Origin: Octopus bimaculoides
Taxonomy: Eukaryota
Assembly: GCF_001194135.2 (NCBI RefSeq)
Contig: NC_069006.1
Coordinates: forward strand, 26,331,840 to 26,395,839
Length of the DNA: 64,000 bases
Direction of reading: 5' to 3'
Shown here: in pieces, positions 1 to 11,925 of the stretch
Numbering within the stretch: the stretch's first letter is position 1
Layout of the letters: each line of letters opens with the position of its first letter
Notes under the pieces: generated by a model
Database searches by the model: none
Told to the model about the DNA's origin: nothing
Seen by the model: only the letters and a program-made list of their open reading frames with translations
Made by a program: the position numbers and the translations under genes

Positions 1-119
1 GCTTTTTCCCGTCCACGTATCAGTCGTGTTCCCTCCCCTCCTCCTTCCATTGACGTAGTCATTTCCTCCTCCTCCCCTTCTTAGCAGGTACTTTCGAAGG
101 GAGGTAATCATGGCACAGC

Positions 120-160
120 TATATAAAATCCCGAGTCTCTGCCTGCCGACCTTTCTTTGC
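120..160 (+). promoter_or_regulatory. Candidate core promoter of the NDK gene: TATA box plus pyrimidine (TCT/TOP-like) initiator
   Basis: TATATAAAA at 120-128; CCTTTCT (fits YCTYTYY) at 150-156 with its +1 C at 151, 31 nt after the TATA start; TGACGT (CRE half-site) at 51-56; ATG at 236. Confidence 0.55.
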
Positions 161-235
161 CAGTTTGCATTTCAGCTGCCTTCATTCGTCCTCTTCTTAT
201 TCACAATTCTTGAGCACTTTTGAAGAACTTTTGTC

Positions 236-282
236 ATGGAGCGCACATTTATTGCTGTCAAACCAGAAGGCGTCCAACGAGG
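236..282 (+). CDS. ndk: NDK coding exon 1
   Basis: MERTFIAVKPEGVQR(G); GT donor at 283-284, phase 2. Missed by the ORF track. Confidence 0.93.
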
Positions 283-3200
283 GTTAGTTTTAACTGTTTC
301 ATAATATTTCAGCACTTCACTACGCTGTTTCTAGTCCCTTTAATTCGTCTCTCTTTATCCAGATTGTTTAGTCCTGAACTAATTAGATGTTCTTTTTTTG
401 ATTAATCAATTAAACTTTCCCAACAGCTAACCTTTCGTTAGTTTTTAATCTTTATTAATAACATTTTCTAAATCTAAAATGTGATGAGAGACAAAGAGAA
501 GGTCGACATGTCATTCACATTTTGATCAAAATCTCAATGTCTCTTTGTATGAATTGTAACTAAATTAAAGAATTAATTTTGTATTATCTTTTTATATTTT
601 TGTCAAGACTTAGAAAAACGCCAACTATTTTTTAATAAAAAAACAAAGAAATCGAAGCTTAAATACAAAGGTTTTTAGGCGATTTTATAACGGCATTTCG
701 AGTCGTGATTGACATAAAAAAATCAAGACAGGATTTATTTCAGTCTTTGTATTAATGATCTAAATTAAATGTTTTAATCAATTATATTGCCCAATTTGTT
801 TTTTGGGTTTTTATTTTGCAAAAATAAAACTTGTATTTGTAATTTTATTTTCCATTTCATCTCGTGTGCGCACAGTTTCTTTTCCCCTTTGTGCGCGCGC
901 ACAACTGGGAGGGGATAGTCAATCTCTTTCTCTCTCTCACTTTATGTTGTCTGCGGAAATATTGTCTAGTTTTTAAAGAATTATATTTTTACTTTAAATA
1001 TCTTTTTCTTCGTCCCTTGCATCACTGTGATCGTGGATGTTTTAGTCATAATCGTTTTATGTCGGATTACATTCAATGTTCCCTTTCATTTTTAAAACAG
1101 AAGTTCGATTGCTGTTTCTAGCTGTCAGAACAGCCTTGTAGACGATTCCGTTAGCAGAGGAGTGTACTGCTCCTTTTTCCCCCCTCTTCACAAACCCTTA
1201 ATACCCCTTTTCCATTGGTTTATAGCCGGTTTCCTTTGTCCCTTTTAGACGTCACTTCGTTGTCTCATTTCACTCAGCGTGAAGCTGGTCGCTTCACTTG
1301 CTAGAAACAGCAGATAATTTATATTAACATTGTTTTCTAAGAAAGTCGTAATGAATTTTTTCTTTAAGATGCTAAGACTACCTTGGTGTATTTAGATCGT
1401 TATGTCAGGCCATTGTAACTCACTTGATTATAAGTCTATTCTTTCAGGATTGATCTGGAACTTAGCCTTGCTAAACAATTTTAACACCTAAAATTATTTG
1501 TCATGGTACCCGTTACAATGTCCTTGTCGCTATATACAATGGATAAAATCTTGCATGTTTTATTTATTGCCCATTTAACACCACACCTCTACAAAAAAAA
1601 ATCTGTTACAATAAAAAAAATTTCCCGTTCGTTGGCTGCCATTCAAGACCGGTTTTAATGTTGTACTTATGTGACTGGAAATTTAGGCCCTGATTATTAA
1701 TTTAACTGGATTTCAGATTAGCCGAGTTGAATTAAAGGATTATCATCTCGAGGAAGTCTAAGATATTTAATATGGGATCTGGTATCGTTCTCATTAAATT
1801 ACAACGGTAATCTGAGATGTTCTGCAACCTATTGAGGTATATAATATTCAGTGGTATGGTGTGTATGTGTATATATATATTTTATAATGACATAAAGGGG
1901 GGTGGGGGTGATTGGGTTACTAAGTAGATAAGTATAAACAGATGAATTATGTGTGCAAGCGCCGCTCTCATCACTTTTAGATGAAATGTTTCCGGTAACG
2001 ATTACCAGAAAATATAGTTGATATCTTGATTCTAGTAAGAGGATCGTTCTTCATTCATTTTAAATAGTTTGAACTCACAAATTTTTGTTACATTGCCTGT
2101 GATTATGATGAATCTCTTTCTCTGCGATTCAGAGGCTATAGTCATTGCTTGTTAATTAGCTGCAAAATTTTAGTCCAATTGATGATCTGCAGGCTTTCCT
2201 CCTCGATTTCAAGTGACCCTCTCTTAGCAGGTCAGCCTGTGGGAGGTATGGCTTTTGTCATCGACTCTGTACTGGATTACAGTTGCCAGTAACACAGAGG
2301 AGTGGCCACACATGCATGGTATTTTCGTGTGTAATTTGGTGGTTTCTAAGCTTGCTAAATATAGATGAAGGACTTGAGAGTTGATGGTGAGTTTGGTGAG
2401 GAAATTAGTGTGGAGTTATGGTGTCTGAGTAGAATTTCTGTTTGGAATACACTGCATAATGATTAGAGTTCTGTTAGCTATAATTGATTTGAGGATACTG
2501 CTTGTTCCCCATAAACATTAACAGCTATTAATCTTGACTGAGAGTTTGAGGTTTCTGTCTCAATCTTGAATTCATAAATTCATCAGTATGATAATTAGTT
2601 ATATAAATAAAAGCATATCCAATAATTAGACGATTAAATAACGAATGTATTCCTGTTCAGCTAGTCAATGCAGCAAGCTTCATTGCTAATTAGGAGTAAT
2701 TACATTCATAGAGGGAAACCTAGTTATAATTAGGTGCGGATGTGTGGTAAGAAGTTTGCTTCTCAACCTCATGGTTCTGGGTTCAGCCCCACAGCTTGGT
2801 GGCACCTTTGGCTGGCAGAATCATTAACACGCCAAGCAAAATGCTTAGCTGCATTTCATCCATCTTTATGATCTGTTCAATATTAAACATTTTTCTATTA
2901 AAACTTTGGTAAATTTTTTCAATGTCATTGTAACTTTTGTCTTTAAATCTCATTTTTCCCTTTCTTTGCAGACTGTGTGGTGAAGTCATTACCCGTTTTG
3001 AGAAACGTGGCTTCCAGTTGGTTGCCTGCAAGTTGGTCCATGCTTCCAAGACCCTTTTGGAATCCCATTATGCAGAACACAAAGGAAAAGGGTTTTTTGA
3101 TGGTCTCGTAGCCCACATGTCCTCCTCCCCTGTATTGGCGATGGTCTGGGAAGGTGCCAGTGTAATTTCAACTGCTCGCACCATGATGGGAGCCACTGAC

Positions 3201-3374
3201 CCCAAGAAGTCCGCCCCTGGTACCATCCGTGGTGATTACGGTATTGATATGGGACGTAACATCATCCATGGTAGTGATGGAACTGAATCAGCCAATCATG
3301 AAATCAATTTATGGTTTACTAAGGAAGAGCAAATCACTTGGAAACCAGCTCTAAGCAACTGGTTGTACGAGTAA
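236..3374 (+). CDS. ndk: Nucleoside diphosphate kinase, group I (NME1/NME2/awd-like), 2 coding exons, 149 aa
   Basis: join(236..282,2972..3374). Exon 1 gives MERTFIAVKPEGVQRG; donor GG|gttagt; acceptor tttgcag|A completes GGA; exon 2 gives LCGEVITRFEKRGF...PGTIRGDYGIDMGRNIIHGSD (NDK active-site His motif NxxHGSD)...WLYE*. Confidence 0.97.
2972..3374 (+). CDS. ndk: NDK coding exon 2
   Basis: AG at 2970-2971; corresponds to residues 13-145 of ORF 2937..3374; ends TAA. Confidence 0.97.
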
Positions 3375-3447
3375 ATTGGTCAGTAAGTTTAACAAAGACA
3401 TTATAGGAACACTTACTGCAACACAAAATCATTTACATTTTACTGTG

Positions 3448-3453
3448 AATAAA
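3448..3453 (+). terminator. Likely NDK polyadenylation signal
   Basis: AATAAA 74 nt after the stop codon, followed by an A-rich and then a GT/T-rich stretch. Confidence 0.55.
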
Positions 3454-5199
3454 TAAGAAAAAAAATAAAAACAGGTTTATGTAAATATTGTGTCATGTTA
3501 TCTTTAACCTTTTGTTTCAATTTTTTTTATCAAGTGATTCTGTGACTCTGTGGTTCTGGATTCAGTTTCATTGCATGTCAAATGTGGCAAGTGTCTTCTA
3601 TAGCTTCAGGCTGACCAAAACCTTGTGGATTTGGTTGATAGAAACTGAAAGAAGCCTGTGTGTGTGTGTGTATGTATAATATGAGAGCTGATTGTTGGAC
3701 AGGCATGAAGGAAATATATACAGTGGAACCTTGATTCATGAATGCCCCTCTTGAACAGTTTTTCTGAATATAAAACGTCCTGCATGACAGGGTCTTCAGT
3801 AAAAAATCACGCCAGCTGCAAGTGTCAGTTGCTGCCTAACTTTTACTCAGTGTCCATCCCTGCTTCAATTCGACATGCTTTGTCCTGAAATTACACACAA
3901 GAGAGAATTCATAAAGCGAGGTTCCACTGTGCATGTGTATATAATAAAGCCATTTTGCGATAAACTATTTGGTGCTTGGATTCTAGTAGGAGGATAATTT
4001 TTGGATAACTTTATCTTAGCATATTCTTCATTCAAGCAACATCTACTAAGTGCTGCCCCCTACAAAGACATTTCATTAGTTTGCATTGCTAGTGTAGTCA
4101 TGAGATAGCAATTGCTTTTGGTGTAATCCTGTCAAGACAGCCATTTGTGTCTGCTTCCCAGTACCATCAACAGTCACTCTTTGGTTTTATGAGCTATGAC
4201 TTAAATAAGCAGTAAAATGAGAACCCAGAATTTCAGCTCTAAATAGTTTTTGTGCATCCAGCTGTGTTTGGTCACAAATTAACCCAATGATGTCCATAGT
4301 AAGTTGTGTTTTCACACTTCCCGCTGTGTGTGTGTGTGTGCATATAAAGGAATTTATTTCTGTGTAGAATAAATGTTTATAACATTGGTTAGCTTATCCT
4401 GCTGCAAACCAAGTTTTGTACCTAAAGTTGAAATTTGAAAGAATATGGTGTGTGTCTTTATCTCTGCTTGTCTTCACATTGAAACTGCTGAGGCAGCCGT
4501 GATGATGTTTCATACATATCAGTACATTCTATAGTTTGGTGCTTTCAATATGCAAACACCAGGAGGTAAAATAGTCGAAAGAGTACCCTAACATCAGAAA
4601 TAGAATACTGCTTCAAGAACATTAGTCCAATCCCGATCAACCTGAATAAAGTGATTTGGTTATACGGTGGTGGATGTAACTGTGGTGTAAATGAGTTCAC
4701 TTTGCAACCCTGTTCCAGGTTTCACATCTTGTTTTCCATTTTGGCGTCTGCAATCATTGCAACAGGTGTGCCAAAATCTCAAAGGAAATTGGGTAGATTG
4801 AAACCTGTTGTATGTTGGTAAGAAAAATTAGAATCACAAACTGATGCTCTGTTGGTTATGCCAAGAGCTGCAATAATTTCCTGATCAGATCAAACATGCA
4901 AGTGGCTGAGCATTCCATAGCCTTAATGTAATTCTCAGGGAGATTCAGAATGTGACAAGGTTGGCCTCTTTTCAATTGCAGGTACAACACAATTTTGCCG
5001 GCTGAGTGGACTGGAGTAAAGTGTCTTGCTGAGGGACACAACTGCCAGGTACCAAGTTCCCAGTTATAAACTGCAATACACTAAGCCATGTACCTTGGCA
5101 CTGGAATTTTCAAATGAACCTCAAATAGCTTGTATTTGGTTCTGTCGTGATTACCTCCCTTCTACCGTATTTCTTACTTTTTGTCTCGAAATCAGAGCA

Positions 5200-6040
5200 G
5201 AGTCTTTCCATGTCAAATACTTAGCAGCATTCCATCCAAATTTATGTTTTGAGTTCAAATTCTGCCATGGTCAATTTCAAGACAGTGGGCTGGCAGAATC
5301 ATTAACATGCCTGGCAAAACGCTTAACAGCATTCCATCCATCTTTATGTTCTGTGTTCAATAAATTAAGTAACTGTTGAGTCTTGGGGTCAATGTAATTG
5401 AATTTTACCCCGTGCCCCGAAATTGCTGGCCTTACGCCATAATTTGAACCCATTATTATTACCAAAAGTAGTGAGCTGGTAGAATCGCTAGCACGCTGGA
5501 CGAAATGCTTTGAAGTATTTTTCCCATTGCTATGTTTTGAGTTCAAATTCTGTTGAGGTTGACTTTGCCTTTCATCCTTCCCGAGTCGATAAAATAAGTA
5601 CCAGTTTAAACACTGGGGTCGATGTAACTGACTCACCCCCACCTCCCACAAGCTGCCCCTGTGACAAAAATTATTATTATTATTAGTAGTAGTAGTAGTA
5701 AGGCAGTGAGTTGGCAGAATCTTTACCACACTGGACAAAATATTTCACAGTTTTTCCTGCAACTTTACATTCTGAGTTCAAATGCTGCCAGGGTAGACTT
5801 TGCTTGTCATCCTTTCAAGGTCGATATAATAAGAGTGATAAGTGTAGCTTGGACAGCTGAGAAAGTCTGTTGATTGGGGCCAAGAAGAGAGTGTGTGGTT
5901 TGTGTGTTTGTAAGAGGTGATGCATGAAAGTCTGGAGTGGATTGTAATATTTAGGCAGAATTTGAACTCAGAACATAGTAGCAAACAAAATACCATTTCA
6001 CCCGGTGTGCAAATGATTCTGCCAGCCTGCCAACTCCTTT
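5200..6040. mobile_element. Cluster of SINE family B copies (3-4 on +, one on -)
   Basis: Repeated GAGCTGGCAGAATC...TTCTGAGTTCAAAT...GACTTTGCCTTTCATCC...ATAAGTACCAG units; inverted copy at about 5950-6040. Confidence 0.8.
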
Positions 6041-7079
6041 CTACTCTAATAATGATAATAATAAACTTTTTTGACTTCTCATTACTGTAATCAAGTAATG
6101 TAATACAGTCTGCAGTTAGGGAAATTGTGCCAAAAAATTGGTAATCAAAAAAAAAAAAAAAAAAAAAAAAGCACTCATTAGATTGCTAGGTTTTCATTCT
6201 AAATATATAAGGTGAGAAATAAGCTGGCAGTTAATTGCGTGATTTTAATTTAGAGACAGTTGTAAATATTTAATAATCTCAGGTAGACAGACATTAAAAT
6301 ATTTGTAACAATGAACATGAAATCTAGCTTTGGGATTTATGGAACTGCAGAATACCAATTTATTTTGGGAGAAATATTGTGTTAGCCTGAAGGAATAGTT
6401 TTAATAGTTTCAGGCAATGGATGTGGCCATACTGGAGCAGGCTGTCGAAGGGTTTTATCAATTTTTATTAAATCCAGCACTGTTTGTTTTGGTATCTTTC
6501 AAATGGAACTATCATTTTACTTTTGTCCCCGACCCCTGCTGGTTGTGAGTGGGGTCTGTTTCCAGTACAGTGTCTTAAAACAAACTTCATCAACATCTCC
6601 TTTTGTGGGATTCCCCATTCTAGAATCCTCCCTCAACATATTTCCCATGAGTTCCTGTTATAGCGACAAAATGTCATATTAGGTGCCTTGTGATATTTGT
6701 TCTGGCTCTTTGCATTCTGAGTTCAAATCGCATCATGGCTTACTTGGGTGGTAAACATAATTAGGATCCTGGTTTAGCATCACCACCAGGTATCTTGGTT
6801 GGTTTTAGTGGAGTTGCAAGCATCAGGGTTAGAGTAAAGAGGTGTTTCCCTCTTTAAAAAAAAAAAAGATTTAGAAGGATATATATAGATATATACATAC
6901 ACGTTAGCTGGTTCTTTCATCCAGTTGAGGTGAAAAGAAACTATTTCTAAATATACTTGCTTGGTAAATGCTTATGAATGGTGTTTGTACTAAAGAATGA
7001 TTTTATTTTTCAAAAGACATTTAAAAAAAATTATTTCAAATTGGAAATTGTAAGAGAGAAACAGTTTCTGTGCGTGTGA

Positions 7080-7350
7080 GAGAGAGGGAGGGAGATTGTG
7101 TGACAAAGAGGAAGAGGGAAGAGAGAGAGAGGTTGCGAGACAAAGAGGAAGAGAGGAGACAGAGAGAGGTTGTGTGACAAAAAGGAAGAGAGGAGAGAGA
7201 GAGTGGGGGGTGAGAAATAAAGACAGTGGACGAGAACGCGAGGAAGATGTTAGAAATTAAAAGAGAGAGAAATATAAACACAAACATAAAAAGAGAGAGA
7301 AGGAGGGAGAGAAAGAGAGAAATATGGATACAGAGAGAGAGGGGAGGGAT
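7080..7350 (+). repeat. (AG)n / purine-rich low-complexity tract
   Basis: Degenerate GAGA runs. Confidence 0.85.
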
Positions 7351-8108
7351 AGATAGAGGGTGTTAAAAAAATGCCAAGCTCAAGAGACGCTTAGTGGCGA
7401 TGTACTTCCGGTGTGCGTATAAATGTGCGCAGAAGTCGTGTGTTGCACGTGTGAGTGTATTATGGCGGTTCTGTTGAAAGTGGAGTCGAGAGGTGGAAGT
7501 GGTTGACTGGGATTCTTTCACTGAACCACATTTAATATTAAACACCATTCTTGGATTATAGGACAAGACAACAACATCTCATCTAACAAACAGTGAGACA
7601 CCTTCTTTTATATCTCTTTCTACCTTCAATCATGGAGGAAGCTTCTGATTCTCTTCCAGTCTCTCGTTTCTCTTTAATTATTTAACGCCAGTTGATTATT
7701 ATTATTATTATTATTACACTTCATGGTTTTATTTCTTCAAATGTTTCGCTCTCTTCTACAAAAGACATCGTTCACATAAAAACGACGATGTCATTGTCTC
7801 TTTCATTATTTAAACACGTGTATTTAGACATTATATATACATACATATATATGTATATGTGTATGTATGCGTATGTAAATATATATATATATATGTGTGT
7901 GTGTTCATTTGGAGTTTGCTTGTGTACATGATGTATAAATATATATGTTAAGCATTTCTCTGCTGGTTCGTGTGATATTATTGTTGTTGTCTCATCCATT
8001 CCTACACCAACAATGTGTTGGTTCTTAATGTGAGATGCTGGGATGATGTAAATATGTGTTGGTGTATCTATGTGTATGTGTGTATATACATACAGATATA
8101 TATGTATT

Positions 8109-8139
<31 letters not shown>

Positions 8140-10197
8140 ATACACTAACATTACGGACAATACTCTGATGATTTTTCCTGTTGACCATAACACTGTTTTC
8201 ATCTATATTTCACCCTTTGTTTCTTTAATATTTTTTCTTTATGGGATGAAGTCGTTTAATCTTCCATGTCCAGCTTTCAAAGTGAAACCCTGTCCAGAGA
8301 CACAGAATAATCCTTCTTTATAGAAGTTTAAATTCTTTTCATTTCTCTCCTTACAAGAAACTCTCCACCGCTATTTAAACTTTTAGCACTCGTATTTCTA
8401 AGTACGATCCTCCAAACTACAAACTTGATTATATATTTATATATGTGCATACATACACATAATATGCATATATGCTATATACACATTGCTCCGATCTAAT
8501 GTACACATCTGTAGGTCTCTGTGCATATGGGGGTGTATTTATACCGATAGTCTTTATATTATTAACAGTTGTTGAATTAATCTGTGCTCAGACCGTAAAC
8601 TTTTAATTCTCAAATGCCGACCCCTAACCGAAGCCTTTAATAATGATCATAAACTGAACTTTCATTTGAATATTACTGTAAATCAGACGGTCAGCTGTTT
8701 GTTTTGGACAAACACTTGTTTCACTCGGACCGGGAATCTTAAATCTTTTAAGTTTAAGTGGCGACGGTGGATGTTTAAACCCATCTATCCTTCTCCGACC
8801 ACCATTCTTGGGGTAGAGTCCTCCAGCCCCTCCTCTATAGGGTCTTATCAGAAGCAACTGTCGTTACTCTCGTCCAGTCTTCGTTGTTCGGACGATTCTT
8901 TGCATTTTGAGATCATATCCCACCGAGGGTCAATTTTGCCTTTCATCTCTTTGGAGGGCGATAAAAAAAAAGGACCCACTCCAAGAACGGGAGATAGGAG
9001 AAACGGTATTCTTTCGTTATAAGAACGTTAAGCCTCATGACTTTTGTAATTTATTTCGGCTCTTTGCGTTCTGAGTTCAAATCCCGTCATTGGCCTGGCC
9101 CAGTTGAACACCACCACCTGCCGTCTTGGATCTCCGTGCCAAGCAATCTAGCCAGGTCCTATGATTTGAGAATGCCTTTCTCCCTCTCTCACGGAGGCTC
9201 TGTAAAGAGTCAGGAGCACAGCCCCTTCCCTGACTCCCTACCACTGGACTATTGTACCCTTTATCCCGAAAAGGACCACTTGCCTTTGCCTCCTGACATG
9301 ACGTACCTCCTCTCTCTGCCGTTTCGTCTTTTTGTTTCTTTGACCACGTTAAGACTTCGTTAACTGGTGATTTAGCTGTTATTTCTCGTAAGTAGATTCC
9401 TTGTTTGTTTAACCCTGATACAAGTAGACTTACGATCAAAAGCATTCCAGGCATAACCGTCTCGTCTGTATATATATCTAAAACCACAGGATCGCGCTTG
9501 GTGTGACAACATTCAACTCAGATTGCAACATTTATTTAAAGTTCAAATCCGACCAAAGTTTGTCTTTCGATATTTTACAAGTACTGGAGCCAAATTTGTG
9601 GCCGTGTGTTTTCCTCTGCCTCCTCATTATTAAGTTATGAATTATCTTCATCATTGAATGCCTGAAAAGGTTTTATTTCGACTGTTTTGTGTGTGTTTAC
9701 GAAGTAGTGTACCAGTCATCTACTGGGGTTGATTCAGTTGTTTGTAACTCTTTCCATATGTGATGGGAGAAAAAAAAAGGCTTGTTTGTAACTCTGATCT
9801 TAAAAAAAAATCCTTTTAATGTTATTGGAATCGATAGGAAAACTAACTTCTTTCCCCTTTTAAAATGGTTTGTTGACGGATTTTTCATCACACACACACT
9901 ATTGAAGAAAAGTACTCAATGCAAGTTCTTTATTTTATTTTGGTCGTTTACAACTGTGGCCATTCTGGGATATTGTCTTCATGTAGAGTTTGTGTATGTG
10001 TCTGTACAACTATATATGATGTATCGTTTAAGTTTATTTGGGTCATTCTTATAAAATTCATCGTTAAACTTGGCTACAGTTCAAATTATGTTTCTTTTAT
10101 TTTGAATTCCATTAAATTAATTGTTAAATACTAAATTATTTTTCAAACTGAGAAGCTGTGGAGTGTCTAACTGATGACTGTGAAATATAAACAACAA

Positions 10198-10245
10198 GCG
10201 TGGCGGCGGTGGGGGGTGCGTCAGTCGGGCGATTTTGGCGCACAA
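10198..10245 (+). promoter_or_regulatory. GC-rich promoter-like patch with E2F consensus site upstream of ELYS
   Basis: CpG-rich GCGTGGCGGCGGTGGGGGGTGCG followed by TTTGGCGC (10234-10241, fits TTTSSCGC) in otherwise AT-rich DNA. Confidence 0.35.
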
Positions 10246-10487
10246 AAATGACATCACAAAAACAGCGAAAGTCATTGAAATTATTGGGGTGACATTGTTG
10301 CTGTAACTTGACAATAATGTTTATTTAATAAACAGGTCCATTCCAGTTAAATCTCGTCTTTATTAGGACATATTTCTCGTTGTTAGCATGGAACTTTTAA
10401 TAGTAATGTGTGTATGTGTGTGTAATGTGTTATTTGTATGATGTTATATATGTGTGTGTTACATATATATAAATATATAACATATAA

Positions 10488-10543
10488 GGCGATCTTTCGT
10501 TGAGGTCCTTTGACAGAAAAAGGACTCGTAACGAAAGATCGCC
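10488..10543. repeat. 56-nt hairpin / inverted repeat
   Basis: GGCGATCTTTCGTT (10488-10501) pairs perfectly with AACGAAAGATCGCC (10530-10543); inner GTCCTTT/AAAGGAC stem. Confidence 0.9.
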
Positions 10544-11411
10544 ACATATAAATATATAACCAGCGAAGAGAACAGCTCGGTTACCCGATCTGCTAGAAAT
10601 AGCTGTCGAATGACTGCCCGCCGTTTTAAAAGGTGGAGGACACCTTAGATAAGTGATCGGTGATCAGAGACACTGCTTTAACGGCGAAACTGGAATGATT
10701 TCAATGACGGGGGACACAGTTTGTGGCATCGGTTTACCTCGATGCCGAGAATAAGACAAATACTGTCGCATGGAAAGGAGGCGGAGTGTGTGGCGGCGGC
10801 GGCGGCTTTCTGTTTTGTGTGTTATCTAGAGCAATGCCGTGAAACGATTTTGGGGGACATCTGGAGAGGCATGGAACTTATACGTGGTAGCTTCACCTAC
10901 TAAAAATAACAGCTGCCTCTAATCCCACCCTATTAGAAAAATAAGAGGGCAAAGGCACTCGAGATAATGTACTCCTAGCTAGGCGAATACCAAAGTCTTT
11001 GATCCTTCGATCAGTTGGATCAGAGCTGAGCTGGTGATAAAACAAAAGAGACAAACTGATTTTGAAATTTGCTCAAGGCCAGCAGTTTCAGGAGGGGGGG
11101 GGGTTGCTAAGTTGATCCCAGTTCTCAGCTGGTATTTATTTTATTGACCCTGAAAGGGATGAAGGGCAAAGACGTTTATATTTTAAAATGTAAAAAGACT
11201 CCAAAACCTTGTTCAGTTTTGTAAAATATGAAATTTAAGTATAACAAACTTCTCTCTCTCCTATAAACTCTAACATGATATGATGGTGTGATAATGTTCA
11301 GAAATCGCTTACCTATTTCTCCTATTCACTAAGACTTAACATTTCTTTGTAAAATATTGCCTGAGTGACCAGACACATCTGATAGTAATTGTTTAACTCA
11401 TCCATCCTTTT

Positions 11412-11621
11412 AACACAGTCTTCAATGCATAATAAGAACCATTTCTAACTTTGGTGCAAAGTCATAAATTCTGAAGAGATGTCTCTCACCCCTTGAGATT
11501 CGATAAAATTTGAACCAAACAAATAATGCTGGGGGGCAATATAATTGACTCCACCCTCTCTTCAGAATTTACGACTTTGCATCAAAGATAGAAATGGTTC
11601 TTATGCATTGAAGACTGTGTT
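11412..11621. repeat. Near-perfect inverted repeat, arms of 65-68 bp
   Basis: 11412-11479 is the reverse complement of 11557-11621 apart from one 3-nt indel and about 3 substitutions. Confidence 0.9.
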
Positions 11622-11801
11622 TTTGGATTTGTTTGTTCCACATTCCTGGTGAGAATATGAAGACAGTGTAATAGAAAGGTATCAGCTATTAGTTTCAGTA
11701 ATCTTTTTTCAGTGAAATTTGGACAAGTAACTGAAATATAATGGAATTTCAAATAAGATTTTCTTTCAGTTATTTCTTTGGTTTATTTCAGAAAATTCAC
11801 C

Positions 11802-11925
11802 ATGCATCCTGGAAGCACCCCTCACAATGTGAGTGGTGTGCTGAGCTTCCAGCAAGCCACATCTACCAATCTCCAATTGGCAAGCAGCACACAAAGACAT
11901 CCATTACATGGAGGAATATCCAAAG
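11802..11925 (+). CDS. AHCTF1: ELYS coding exon 1
   Basis: Acceptor tttcag at 11790-11791, ATG 10 nt into the exon; MHPGSTPHNVSGVLSFQ...LHGGISK; donor G|gtaga, phase 1. Confidence 0.8.

Noticed and set aside
9077-9487. 136-aa minus-strand ORF
   Set aside because: No recognisable domain, non-ATG start, and overlaps SINE fragments; kept only as part of the low-confidence antisense transcript finding.
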